A stretch of 64,000 nucleotides of DNA. Origin: Selaginella moellendorffii (lineage: Eukaryota > Plantae > Lycopodiophyta). The notes beneath the pieces were generated by a model that was not told the origin of the DNA, did not search any database, and saw nothing but the letters and a program-made list of their open reading frames with translations. Both the position numbers and the translations under genes were made by a program. The stretch is taken from contig NW_003314268.1 in NCBI RefSeq assembly GCF_000143415.4, forward strand, positions 1,844,672 to 1,908,671, in the 5' to 3' direction. Of this stretch, positions 1 to 12,810 are shown piece after piece (the stretch's first letter is position 1; the number at the start of each line of letters is the position of its first letter).

Positions 1-1290
1 AAAAAAGCTAGTGTACTGCCTGTTCATCGGCCTTATGACTGTCCTATTGATTTATAGGAACGAGCGTCACCTCCGTGGGGGCCTATCTACAGGTTATACC
101 CGTCCGAGCTTAAGGCCCTCAAAGAGTACGTGGATGAGAACCTTGCCTCGGGGTACATTCAGCATTCGCAATCCCCGGCTGGAGTGCCTGTCTTCTTTGT
201 CAAGAAGAAGGATGGGAGTTTGCAGCTAGTCATCGACTACCGAGGTTTGAACAAGGTGACTGTTCAGAACCATTATCCGCTGCCGCTGATCTCGGACCTG
301 TTGGAGTGCCTCAGCGGTGCCCGCTGGACAGTCTGGACAGATCATAAAAATCAGACAACAACAGTCTGGACAACAGTCTGGACAGATCATAAAAATCTCG
401 AATACTTTGCCACTTCCCGAGTTTTGAGCCGTCGTCAAGCAAGGTGGGCACAATTCCTGAGTCGGTTTGACTTTGTTATCAAGTACAGACATGGAAAGCC
501 TCAAGGCCTTCCTGATGCTCTTTCAAGGCACTCCTATCTTAGTCTCAGGCCAAGTAATCCTACCTTCAATCAATAGGATCAAGTTATCCTTGGTCCTGAT
601 CAGCTTCAAGTTATGGCAATTTCTCTGGCCCCTCAAGACTCCTCCTTGATGGATGCGATCAGAAACAATCTTCAATCTGATGACCTTGCCAACGACATTT
701 TCCCCCATCTTCAGGCTGGACACTCAGTGACTCCTGATTGCCGGCGATTTGACGAGTTCGAGTTCTTAGATGGCTTGTTATATTGTGGGGAGCAGCTTTA
801 TGTTCCTGAAGGTGATGCTCGAAGGTTGGTCCTGATGACATGCCACGATAGCCCGACTGTTGGTCACTTCGGCATCGCAAAGACCTATGAGCTGGTTGCA
901 CAGGACTTTTGGTGGCCTCACATGGACAACTACATCAAAACTTTTGTTACCTCCTGTGACACTTGCGCCCAAAATAAGGTACCTCGCCACCTTCCTTCAG
1001 GTTTGCTTCGTTCCCTCCCGGTCCCTTCAGGTCCTTGGGAATCCATCTCCATGGATTTCTTGAGTGATCTTCCTAGTTCTGGAGGCTTCAACAGCATTTT
1101 AGTCGTGGTGGATCGCTTCACAAAGATGGCACACTTCCTGCCGTGTACCAAGGAGTTTTCGGGCGAGGACATGGCAAAACTGGTACCCAGGGAAATTTTC
1201 CGACTTTATGGGATTCCTGCAGATGTGGTTTCGGATTGGGGACCTCAGTTCATCTCTCATTTCTAGCAATGGTTTTTGTAGTTGCTTGGA
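1..1290 (+). pseudogene. Ty3/Gypsy pol fragment (RT N-terminus, deletion, RNase H end, integrase H2C2 and core), chromovirus/Tcn1-like
   Basis: ORF 130-576 has [27 protein letters not shown]...YPLPLI joined directly to [11 protein letters not shown]...RQARW. ORF 613-1266 has CHDSPTVGHFG...CDTC and PWESISMDF...VVVDRFTKMAHF. The RT core is missing. Confidence 0.9.
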
Positions 1291-2306
1291 GCAATCATCA
1301 TGATGATTCTCAATAGAAGGACTCCTTGAATGCTTGCGAGACTTATACTTATCATTATCAAGTTATTGAGTTGCATCAAAGAGCTCCTCTAAACTCTTTG
1401 AAGGTTGAGAATGACATATGTGTTGCCAAATACTCTCACTATAAGGCCATCAATGAAGTAGGATTTATTTTGATTTAGATCCTTTATTGGAATATAGCTA
1501 ATCAAACAAGTAAGCTTCTCAATATAATCCCCGAGTGTTATTTTTCCTTGCTGGAAATGTCAAAGTCCTGTGTGAGCATTCTCCATGTTATAATGAGGGG
1601 CAAAAAGTAAATAAAAAATAGCCTCAAACTCATCCATGGTAGACACTAATGGTTTTTTATCTACAACATGAGACTCCTCAAGTCAATTCCACCACTAAAG
1701 ACTTGCATCAAGCAAAACCATTGGAATAGCCACTAAAGCCTCTACATCTAGATTTCCTTTAGTAGCTAAAAACTTTTTTATATTGGCTAGCCAAGCTAGA
1801 CAGTTGTCCACACCAATCTTGAGTCGATCTACCAAGGAAGGTTTACTTGGAGCGCCACTATATCCAGCCTCGTGCCTCAACACACTCATGCATGATAGCC
1901 ATTTTGCCATGCATCTCATCTTGCATCTCTTGCTGATTTCAATTAAAAGCTTGCAACTCATGAACAACATTTTGAATAGTCCAAACCTCCATAGCTCCAT
2001 CAACACCATTATCAGCAACACCATCGATAATAAGATTTCAATATTCAACTTGGTCAGCCATCACAACAACTCCTCTGATACCAATGTTATGATTTAGTGC
2101 AAAAATACAAAGATCTAATCTCCCTAAACTTTGCTACACCACCTTTTAAGGTTCTTTATTGCCCAACCACCCCCAAGCTACCTCAAAAACTCCACTGTGC
2201 TGCCGCTCCTAGGGTAGGTTAAGTTTCTTACCCTAACATGCCTTTATGTGCCCTTGAACTTCCCTTTGACCCACATTGATCATGTGGTCAAAGCTGGTGC
2301 CTAACA
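1291..2306 (-). mobile_element. Degenerate 5' part (LTR 2085-2306, PBS, gag) of Gypsy family G1
   Basis: Reverse complement matches 8170-9200. PBS rc CTCTGATACCA at 2073-2083. ORF 1695-2048 shares APSKPSLVDRLKI with gag at 8427. Confidence 0.9.
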
Positions 2307-2377
2307 ATCTTGGACTCCTTGCATTTAGTCCCAACACTTCTATGTGTCACAACACTTGTCATATGTCAGTCCCTCTT

Positions 2378-5300
2378 TGTTAGGCAGTAGCTTTGACCAC
2401 ATGGTCAATATCAGTCAAAGGGAGACTCAAGGGTATATTAAGGCATGTTAGGGTAAGGGACTTAACCTACCCTAGAGCTCATAGTGGAGTGGTGGTGCAA
2501 TGGAGCTTTTGAGGTAGCTCGGGGGTAGTTGGGTGGTGAGGAATCTCAAGAGGTGGTGTAGCATTTTTTAGGGAGATTAGATCTTTGATTTTTGAGCCGG
2601 ATCATAACATTGGTATTAGAGGAGTTGGTTGCAATGGCCGATGAAGCTGAACGCTAGAATGACTCTATGGTGGCTAATTTGAATGCAAAAGGGTCAAAGA
2701 CAGAGGAGTTCTTTATAAAGAATTATACATAGGGTTGTCATCATTGTAGCAAGCTTGGACACTATAAGGTTGATTATCCACAGTTGAAGAATAAATAGTA
2801 AAGCAAAAAGAGTGACCAATTTTCTACTAATGGTAAGTCATATACTAAAAAGTTATAAACTTTGTAGTGTGAGGATGAAAGGGATGACCATTTCAGTCAG
2901 ACAAAGAGTCTTTCAATCATTGCCTGTCAACTCAACTATGTGTGGCACAAGATGGAGATTAAGGACACTCGTGCATCAACTTTAATACTGAAGGGCATGT
3001 TTCATAGTGGTTTAGTGGGGATTTTATTAGATAGTGGGAGTGATGACAACTTTGTTTTGGCAAAGTTTGTTGCAAAGCATGGCTTGGTCACATGAGGAGT
3101 TCTTCTATACACAGTGGAAAGTGTAGCTACCTCTGGTTAGCATTTCAATGCTTATGTAGAGAGGCTGGAAGTGTTGGTTAGCAAAACCGCACTTGTGGAA
3201 ATTTTTTATCTCGTGGATATCCATTGTGTGGATCTCATTCTTGGGATACTATGGTTGGTGAAGGTGGATCCGGAGATAAAGTGGAGTATTAAATGTGTCT
3301 CGCTGAAGTACAATAACATTAAAAATATGTGGTTTGGAAAGGGCCTGGCTTTTAGTTCTCTTTTGCTCTATCTTGCACTAACTTGACAAGAACCCTTGTA
3401 TATTGAGATTAGTCCCTCAATATTTCCGGATAATAGCTTACCGTGTCGGAGTTCAACCTCTAGTTGTTATACTCTCTACTGCATCTTTGAAAAGGGCTTG
3501 TCGTAACAGAAAAGCACTTTCAAGTTACTTGCTATTTGTTTGTGACTTTGGGGGACTAAGGCACGTGTGCGGAGAAGCCGCAGTACAGGATGTACTTGAT
3601 GAGTTTTATGATGTTTTTCCATTTGAACTTCCACATAGGTTGCCTTCATTATGAGGTGTGGAGCATGGGATTACATTGGAGCCAGAGATACGGCCAATTT
3701 ACCAATGTCCATTTTGGTTAAATTATGCAAAGGAGTAAAAAGTTCAATGATAAGTTAAGGAGTTACTTGAGTCTGGACATATTCAACCAAGTAAGTCTCC
3801 ATTTGGTGCTCCAGTCTTTCTCATGAAAAAGGATGGTTCAATGTAGATATGTATTGTCTACTATGTTTTAAACAAAAAGATAATGAAGGATAAGTGCCAA
3901 TGCTATATATGGATGATATCTTAGAAAAGTTTAGTGAGGCACGAGTGTTTACTAAGATTGATTTGAGGAGTGGATATCATCAAATTGCAATGGATGATGC
4001 ATCTATCTCTAAGACATCATTCAACATAAGCTTCGAACATTTTGAGTTTATAGTTATGCTATTTGGTTTAACAAATGTACCAGCTATAGTTATTCGGTTG
4101 ATGACGAAGGTATTATCCATTATTCACTACAGACTTAATCTATTGGGCTTTATCTAATGCCCTTATGATTCCAAACACCACTCCCTGGTGTTTTAGAGTG
4201 TTTAGGTGTCCCAATGATAGCTTTTTTTGACAATGAGCATTTCCTTTTACAACATTAACTTTTTATATCACAACATAAGGAATTTATCCGTCCAACAGAT
4301 ATATCTAACCTCTTTATCTAAATAAGAAGTCTTGGGAAGTTAACTTCTACCAATCCAATCAATTATGTTGCACCCTTTTGCTTAGTTGCCTCATAGTTAT
4401 CAAGTCGCACAACTCATTATTAGTGCTTCCACAACTCCATCATTATTTAGCTCACTACACTTGAATTGCATGACTTTTAATTTAGGTTATACTAATCCCA
4501 TTTCTATTTAGATTCTTTTGGTAAGGGGTTCTCATAAACCCACTTATTTGACCTCAAGGTATCACACTCTGGTACATTTGGGGTCTCCATCCCCTCTGCT
4601 ATATGAGCCTACTCTCATGACACTTTCCAATTGTGTTTAAACTCCATCTCAAACTCCATCTCAGGTCCATCTTTGATTCCATCTCAAGTCCATCTCAAAC
4701 TCCATCTCAGACTCCATCTCAGGTCCATCTCAGACTCCATCTCAAGTTAATCTCGGACTCCATCTCAGGTCCATCTCGAACTCTATCTTGGACTCCATCT
4801 TAGACTCCATCTCATTTTGCATCTCAAGTCCATCTTGGACTCCATTTTAACTCCATCTTGAATTCCATCTCGGGTCCATATCAGACTCCATCTTGAACTC
4901 CATCTCAAACTCCTTCTCAAACTCGTTCCTGACATATCAATGTGTCATGACACTTACCATGTGTCAGTCCTTCTGTGTCCCTTTTTCAGAGACTATTTCA
5001 CCTATTGCTTCATGCTTATCCCTCGAGCACTTCATTCAAAGTTCAACTCTCACTCTCAACTTTCCAAATTAGAGCCTTTGGTCAAAATATGTTATACTTG
5101 TTAGACTTCCACTTCGACCACTACCATGTGGCACCCTTTTTGCTCCACTTTTAGGGCTTAGGGATTTGTGTCTCACAATAAGGTGCATTTATGCAAGGTT
5201 TTTTTGTTATTACATGACAACAAATTTTATGAGAAGAAGAGCAAATATGAGTTTTCAAAGTTGAAAGTGGAATATCTAAGCCATATTGTGACATCTAAGG

Positions 5301-7180
5301 GTGTCAAGATCCAAGGAAAGTGGTTGTGGTGGACAATTGGCCTACACTAATTTTCGTGGCCGAGTTATGCAACTTATTTGGTATGAATAGTTACTACTGA
5401 CATTTCTAGCACAAGTTTATAGAAATGGCTATCCTTTGACACAGTTGTTGCACAAGAACATGCCATTTGAGTGGAAGAAGCCACATGAGGAGAGAATTGT
5501 AGCTTTGAAACAGTTGTTGAGAGAGGCTTTAATGCTTCACATTACTAATCCATCAAAACTTTATAAGGTGATATGTGATGTGAGTGGTCATATACTGGGA
5601 AGAGTTTTCATGCAAGAGGGATAGCCTATTGTATATGAAAGTTGAATTTTGAATTCTGCAAAACAATGCTTTTCCATATATGAGCAAGAGTTACTCTCTA
5701 TTGTTTATGCTTTATAGATGTTATAATATTTATGGTGTTAATAAATCTCAGACCTCTTGTGTATCTTTTCACACAAAAGGAGTTGAACACTTCGCAAACT
5801 CATTGGATAGTTAAACTCATAAAGTTTGGGGAATTTTTTATTGAGCATCATCTGGGAAAATATGGTGAGTTTGGGCAGTTGGTTGAGCATGCTTAGGCTT
5901 AAGATGCTAAGGTGGTCTCTTTACAAGTTCAGATGGAAGCACCTTTCTTATTGGTGGATGGGATTCTTTACTACAATGGTTGTGTATATTTACCATGGGT
6001 GGATGCATTAATTACTTGAGTTTTATTCCACTATCATGATCATTTAGAGGCCAATCATTTTGGGGGGGAGAAGACGTATAAGTTGATTAAGTGTAATTTT
6101 TATTGGAGGAATATAAAAGCTAATATCCTTGAGTATTGTAAATCATGCAATCTCTGTCAATAAGTGAAGGTGCTATGGGAGAAGTCGGGGGGACTTTTGC
6201 AACCTTTACTTATCCCTTAAAACCGTTGGTGTAGTATATTTATGGACTTCATCATTTATTTGCCATGAACATAAAGGCAAAAGGAGCAAGTATGGATCAT
6301 AGTGGATTAATTGACAAAGTATGTGTAGTTGTTGGCTCTTTGAAAGACTGTTATTGCTTCAGACTTGGTTGCGATCTACTTGGAGAGGGTTTTTCCTAAG
6401 TTCACTTTGCTGGAGGACATCATTAGTGATCGAGATTCAAAGTTCACTAATGAATTTTAGAAGAGTTTTGCAAAGGCTATGCAAGTGACTTTGAAACTCT
6501 CAAGTGGAGATCATCTTAAGATGAATGGGAAAACCAAACATGTGAATCAGGTGGTGGAAGATATGTTACGCTGTAGCATTGGTCAAAGGCAAGAATAGTG
6601 GGATGTATATCTATTGGTGCATTTTATTTATAACAATATCCAACATAGTGGAACCAAGCTAAATCCTTACTTTGCCATATTTGGAAGGCATCTCTAAATA
6701 GTGGTGCAATTGGGATTGCATTTGAGTAAGGATATTCAAGATAAACTTAGTTTTGAGATGACTGATTTAGCCACAAAACTTGATGAGATTTTGGTGGTGT
6801 ATAAATAAAATTTGCAGGCACCTCAGGATAGAGCGAAGAAGTTTGCTAATGAGCATTGCCAATTCTGGGAATATAAGGTGGGTGATCTTGTCTTTGAGCG
6901 AATGATCTTTCCATCAAGTGAGCAGTAGAACACCTTGGTGCATTGATAAAATGGGAAGAGTGATAAACTTTCTCATCAATATACTGGTCCATATGAAGTT
7001 TTAGAGCATATTGGTAGGTGGCTTATCAGGTACAATTGTCAGCTGAGGTGAAAATTCATCTAGTATTTATGTCAATCAGTTGAAAGGTGTACTATTTTAT
7101 AGTGAAAGGCCCAATGCTTCCTTGATGTATATGGCTGTGGAAGATGGACTAGGGATGCTAAGCAGCATTCCCAAGATATG
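2378..7180 (+). mobile_element. Old degenerate copy of Gypsy family G1 (5' LTR 2378-2609, PBS, deleted gag, PR, RT, RNase H, integrase)
   Basis: Colinear with 8170-12750 but with many stops. PBS TGGTATTAGAG at 2611. RT motif FTKIDLRSGYHQI in ORF 3894-4157. Interrupted at ~4094-5177. Confidence 0.9.
4620..5177 (-). repeat. Partial minisatellite-bearing LTR (family L2) inserted in G1 RT
   Basis: ACTCCATCTC arrays at 4640-4920 and terminus GTGTCTCACA, the reverse complement of the TGTGAGACAC start at 13621. Confidence 0.85.
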
Positions 7181-8403
7181 GTGATCACTTGTCGCAATGT
7201 GACCGTGGGTATCAAAAGTTGCTTATTGGCTAGTCCTTTTAGATATTCTTTCATAACAGCAAGAGGTTAGTATTGTTGGACCCTTTATCAGTCTCTACCT
7301 AAGCTAGTTGAGAAATTTGTCATCACATATGCACTTAGACTGAAAAGGCACTAAGTAAGGAAATCCTAAGTTGTCATTTAGTCAAGCATAGTTAACATAG
7401 AAACTCTTGTTGTTGACTTACTAATGTTGGGAACTTGCGTGATATTCAACTTGGTCTTTTAATATTTACTAGATGATAGCTTATAATGTTTGAAAAACAC
7501 TCTCACTATCATGCATCTTGTGTTAGTTACATTTAATCTCAATTGCTATTTATGGAAAGTGTCTAGATTTGCTAATTTGGCATATCTACGGAATATAGAG
7601 ATTGTCTTAAACACAATGGTGTTAGTCCGATATTTAAATTCACAACCTAGTGCCATTCTATTATTAGTAAGTTTCGAGTTAGTCCCAAAGACTAACTCTT
7701 GGTACTAAAGGTGACTAAGGGTAAAGTGTGCATTCCTCAAGTGGGGGGTTCCAAATGTATAAGGATAATGGGTAGGTCAAGCATGGCTAACCAACCTAAG
7801 GCATAGTCTAGCTCTTGCTTGTGTTTCTTTCTTTATTTTGCATCTAGCTTGGGTCTAAGCCCAAGTTCCACACCATGCTAGCTGGTGAAATACCTATATC
7901 CTTGCATTAGGCTACTAATATATTGAAATAGTGCAAGACTCCATTTGGCTTTGTTTTGCATACTGGTTCTGGCATTGGGATGCTAAATGCTTTAGAACTA
8001 TTCTAAATCGCTTCGTGCTCTTGGCACTTCACTATTTGGGCTATACACTCAAGAGTTGCTATGTGTTCCAATACCTTTGCTCTTTAGCTCTGTGCTTAGG
8101 AGTTTGGCTTTGTTCCTTCATTCAGTGGCCCAAGGTTTTGAAAATTAGGTTCTACTTTGCCATCCTTGGTGTTAAGCGCCAGCTTTGACTATGTGGTCAA
8201 CATCAGTCAAAGGGAGGCTCAAGGGTATATTAAGGCATGTTAGGGTAGGGGACTTAACCTACCCTAGGGCTCACGGTGGAGCGGTGGCACAGTGGAGCTT
8301 TTGAGGTAGCTCGGGGGTGGTTGGATGGTGAGGAACCTCAAGAGGTGGCGTAGCATAGTCTAGGGTGACTAAATCTCTATCTTTTTGCGCCGGATCATAA
8401 CAT

Positions 8404-8414
8404 TGGTATCAGAG
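8404..8414 (+). promoter_or_regulatory. Primer-binding site (tRNA-iMet)
   Basis: TGGTATCAGAG directly after the 5' LTR. Confidence 0.9.
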
Positions 8415-8426
8415 ACATTGGTTGCA

Positions 8427-9857
8427 ATGGCCGACCAAGCTGAACGCTGGAATCCTATTGTCGATGGTGGTGCCGACGATGGTGCCGACGAAGCTGCGGA
8501 AATTTGGACCATTCAAGATGTGGTTCATGAGCTGCGAGCCCTTAATAAAAATCAGCAAGAGATGCAAGACGAGATGCATGGCATGATGGATACCATGCGT
8601 GGGCGTGTTGAGGCACTCAAGGCTGGACGGGATAGCGCTCCAAGTAAGCCTTCTTTGGTAGATCGACTCAAGATTCCAACTTTTTCTGGTGATGGTGGTG
8701 TGGATGAGTGTCTCGCTTGGCTAGCCAATGTGAAGAAGTTCTTGGTTACTAGGGGAACTCCAGATGCAGAGGCTTTAGTGGCTATTCCGATGGTTTTGCG
8801 TGATGCGGATCTTCGATGGTGGAATTGGCTTGAGGAGTCCCGTGTTGCGGATAAGAAACCACCAGTGTCTACCATGGATGAGTTTGAGGCTGCTTTCCGT
8901 TTACGTTTTGCCCCTTATTACGACGTGGAGAATGCTCGTACAGAACTTCAACATTTCCAGCAAGGGAAAATGACGCTTGGGGACTATATTGAGAAGCTTA
9001 CTCGCTTGATTAGTCGTGTTCCAACGAAGGATCCAGATCAGAACAAGTCCTACTTCATTGATGGCCTACATAGTGAGAGCATGCGGCAACACTTGCGTCA
9101 TTCTCAGCCTACAAAAAGTTTGGAGGAGCTCTTTGATGCAGCTCGTCGACTTGACAATGACAAGCACAAGTCTCGCAAGCGTTCGCGGAGTCCTTCTGTC
9201 GAGAATCGTCGTGATGATCGCCGTGGACACAAGGATGGGAACAAGCATCACAAGTTGAAGTCAGTGGTGACTACTTCAGATGCAAAGGGGTCCAAGAAGC
9301 AGAAGTTCTTTGTGAAGAATTATAGACAAGGTTGTTATCATTGCGGCGAACTTGGACACTACAAGGCTGATTGTCCGCAGTTGAAGAACAAGCAGCAGGA
9401 CAAGAAGAATGGCCAATCTTCTTCTCACGGTAAGTCCGATACTAAAAAGTTGCAAACTTTGCAGCGTGAGGATGAGGAGAACAACCATTCTGGTCGGAGG
9501 AAGCGACTTTCGATCGTTGCTCGTCAGCTCAACTGTGTGTGGAACAAGATGGAGCTCGAGGATACGTGTGAATCAGCTTTAATGCTGGAGGGCGTGTTCC
9601 GTGGCGATCCAGTGCGGATTTTACTGGATAGTGGGAGCGATGACAACTTTGTTTCGGCAAAGTTTGTTGCGGAGCATGGCCTGGTCACACGTGGCATTCT
9701 TCCATACACAGTGGAAGGTGCAGCCACCTCTACTCAACATTTCGATGCTTGTGTCAAGGGGCTGGAAGTGTTGGTTGGCAAAACCACACTTGTGGAGACT
9801 TTTTATCTCGCGGATATTCATCATGTGGATCTCATTCTTGGGATGCATGGTTGGTGA
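8427..9857 (+). CDS. Gag plus aspartic protease (frameshifted near the 3' end)
   Basis: Retrotransposon gag core (WWNWLE...FRLRF, FQQGKMTLGDY), zinc knuckle CYHCGELGHYKADC, protease LLDSGSDDNFVS. Confidence 0.92.
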   Translation: MADQAERWNPIVDGGADDGADEAAEIWTIQDVVHELRALNKNQQEMQDEMHGMMDTMRGRVEALKAGRDSAPSKPSLVDRLKIPTFSGDGGVDECLAWLANVKKFLVTRGTPDAEALVAIPMVLRDADLRWWNWLEESRVADKKPPVSTMDEFEAAFRLRFAPYYDVENARTELQHFQQGKMTLGDYIEKLTRLISRVPTKDPDQNKSYFIDGLHSESMRQHLRHSQPTKSLEELFDAARRLDNDKHKSRKRSRSPSVENRRDDRRGHKDGNKHHKLKSVVTTSDAKGSKKQKFFVKNYRQGCYHCGELGHYKADCPQLKNKQQDKKNGQSSSHGKSDTKKLQTLQREDEENNHSGRRKRLSIVARQLNCVWNKMELEDTCESALMLEGVFRGDPVRILLDSGSDDNFVSAKFVAEHGLVTRGILPYTVEGAATSTQHFDACVKGLEVLVGKTTLVETFYLADIHHVDLILGMHGW

Positions 9858-12740
9858 AGGTGGATCTAGAGATAAAGTGGAGCATTAAACGTATCTCGCT
9901 GGAGTATGGTGGCGTTAAAGATGTGTGGTTTGGCGAGGGCGTTCAACCACCAGTTGTTATGCTCTCTGCTACATCTTTGAAGCGGGCTTGTCGTAATGGA
10001 AAAGCACTTTCGAGTTACTTGCTGTTTGTTCGTGACTTGGGGGACCAAGGCACGTGTGGGGGAGAAGCAGCAGTATGGGATGTACTTGACAAGTTTTCTG
10101 ATGTTTTTCCATCTGAACTTCCTCATGGATTACCTCCGTTACGAGGTGTGGAGCATGGGATTACATTGGAGCCGGGGACGCGGCCAATTTACCGGCGTCC
10201 ATTTTGGTTAAGTTATGCGGAGGAGCAAGAAGTTCAATGACAAGTCAAGGAGTTACTGTTAGGATCCTATCCCTTACACTCTAAGCCAACTGGCTAAAGG
10301 GGTGATCACTTGATTGTAGGGCCCTTTCCTTATCTTATTATCCTGACCTAGTGCCTAACAATCCTCCCCCTCGTCAGGGAATGATCGTCCGCGATCATAC
10401 TTAGGCCACCTTCCGGTCACCATGGTCCTTCTCTTAGGGTCTACCAAACCTTGGTTCTCCCTCTAGATCCACCATATTGAATATTCCTTTAGAATATTCC
10501 TGCCCCACTCGTCAGCCACGAGAATCGAACTGGGCTCCGATACCAATGTTAGGATCTTATCCCTTACACCCTAAGCCAACTGGCTAAAGGGGTGATCACT
10601 TGATTGTAGGGCCCTTTCCTTATCCTATTATCCTGACCTGGTGCCTAATAGTTACTTGAGTTTGGATTTATTCAGCCAAGTAAATCTCCGTTTGGTGCTC
10701 TGGTCTTGCTTGTGAAGAAGAAGGACGGTTCAATGCGGATGTGTATTGACTACCGTGCTTGAAACAAGAAGACAGTGAAGGACAAGATGCCGATGCCATG
10801 TGTGGATGATATCCTGGACAAGCTTGGTGAAGCACGAGTGTTTACCAAGATTGATCTGAGGAGTGGATATCATCAGATTGCAATGGATGATGCATCTATC
10901 TCCAAGACGGCATTCAACACAAGCTTCGGACATTTTGAGTTTACCGTTATGCCGTTTGGTTTGACGAATGCACTGGCCACATTTACTAGGTTGATGACGG
11001 AGGTATTTGGGCGTTATCTTCATGAGTTTGTGGAGATTTTCTTGGACGATATTCTTGTTTTTAGCAAGAATATGGAGGAGCATAGGGTGCATTTGCGCAA
11101 GGTTCTTTTGTTACTTCGAGACAGCAAACTTTATGTGAAGAAGAGCAAATGTGAATTTGCAAAGTCGGAGGTGGAATATCTAGGCCATATTGTGACATCT
11201 AAGGGTGTCAAGACGGATCCAAGGAAGGTGGCTGTGGTGGAAAACTGGCCTACATCGACTACAGTGGCTGAGTTGCACAGTTTTCTTGGTATGGCTAGTT
11301 ACTACCGACATTTCCAGCATAAGTTTGCAGAGGTGGCTATTCCTTTGACGCGGTTGTTACGTAAGAATGTGCCCTTCAAGTGGAAGACGCCACAAGAGGA
11401 GAGTTTTGTGGCGCTGAAACGATTGTTGAGCGAGGCTCCAGTGCTTTGCATTGCTAATCTATCGAAACCTTACAAGGTGACATGTGATGCAAGTGGTTAT
11501 GCACTGGGAGGAGTTCTCATGCAAGAGGGACAGCCTATTGCATATGAGAGTCAAACTTTGAATTCTGTTGAGCAACGCTATTCCACATATGAGCAAGAGT
11601 TACTCTCTATTGTTCATGCTTTGCAGACGTGGCGGCACTATCTTTATGGTGCAGTGTTTGTGGTGTTGACAGATCACAAACCACTTGTGTATCTTATCAC
11701 ACAAAAGGAGTTGAACACTAGGCAAGCTCGTTGGATGGTCAAACTCATGGAGTTTGGGGAGTTTCCTATTGAGCATCGTCCGGGAAAATCAAATGTGGTG
11801 GCGGATGCTTTATCTCGTGTTCGTCATGTGACGACATTACGAACACGATTTTGTCATCATTTGAGTAAGGTGGTCAGCGAGTTTGGGCAATTGGTTGAGC
11901 ATGCTTAGGCTCAAGATGCTGAGGTCTGCCTCAGACTTGGCTGCGGTTTACTTGGAGAAGGTTTTTCTTGATTTTGGTTTGCCAGAGGACATCATTAGTG
12001 ATCGAGATTCAAAGTTCACCAGTGGATTTTGGAAAAGCTTTGCAAAGGCTATGCAAGTGATTTTGAAACTCTCAAGTGGAGATCATCCTCAGACGGATGG
12101 GCAAACCGAGCGTGTGAATCAGGTGGTGGAGGATATGCTACGTTGTAGCATTGGTCAAAGGCAAGGACAGTGGGATCTATATCTTCCGTTGGTGCAATTT
12201 GCTTACAACAATAGCCAACACAGTGGAACCAAGCTAAGTCCTTACTTTGCCATGTTTGGAAGGCATCCTCGAACAGTGGTGGAGTTGGGATTGCATTTGA
12301 GTAAGGACGTTCAAGATAAGCTTGATTCTGAGGCAACTGATCTGGCCACAGAACTTGATGAGATTCTGGTGGTGTGCAAACGGAATTTGCAAGCAGCTCA
12401 GGATAGAGCGAAGAAGTTTGCCAATGAGCATTGCCAATTCCGGGAATATAAGGTGGGTGATCTCGTCTTTGTGCGAGTGATCTTTCCGTCAAGTGAGCGG
12501 CGGAACACCTTGGTGCCTTTATAGACAGGGAAGAGTGATAAACTCTCCCATCGATATGCTGGTCCATATGAAGTGCTGGAGCGCATTGGTAAAGTGGCTT
12601 ATCGGGTGCGGCTGCCAGCTGGGGTGAAAATTCATCCGGTATTTTATGTCAGCCAGTTGAAAGGTGTACTATCTTGGAGTGACGGGCCCAATGCCTCCCT
12701 GATGTATACGGCTGTGGAAGATGGACCAGGAGCTTGAGCA
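9749..12740 (+). pseudogene. G1 pol (RT, RNase H, integrase), disrupted by TRIM insertion, stops and loss of the integrase Zn-binding region
   Basis: FLDDILVFS, CDASGYALGGVL, TDHKPL, SDRDSKFTS, HPQTDGQTERVN. About 450 bp present at ~5910-6355 in the older copy is absent at ~11923. Confidence 0.92.
10257..10650 (-). mobile_element. TRIM (terminal-repeat retrotransposon in miniature), 394 bp
   Basis: 104-bp direct repeats 10257-10360 and 10547-10650. TSD GTTAC at 10252-10256 and 10651-10655. Minus-strand PBS TGGTATCGGAGC (rc ~10534-10545) and PPT GAGGGGGAGGAT (rc 10361-10372). Non-coding interior. Confidence 0.95.
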
Positions 12741-12798
12741 GGATTCCCCAGAAAGAGTGATCACCAATACAACTCGTCCTTGGGACAAGGACTTTGTT

Positions 12799-12810
12799 GG
12801 GGGGGAAGAA
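12799..12810 (+). promoter_or_regulatory. Polypurine tract of G1
   Basis: GGGGGGGAAGAA just before the 3' LTR. Confidence 0.88.

Noticed and set aside
10257-10650. Cassandra-type TRIM with 5S rRNA
   Set aside because: No recognisable 5S sequence in the 104-bp repeats.
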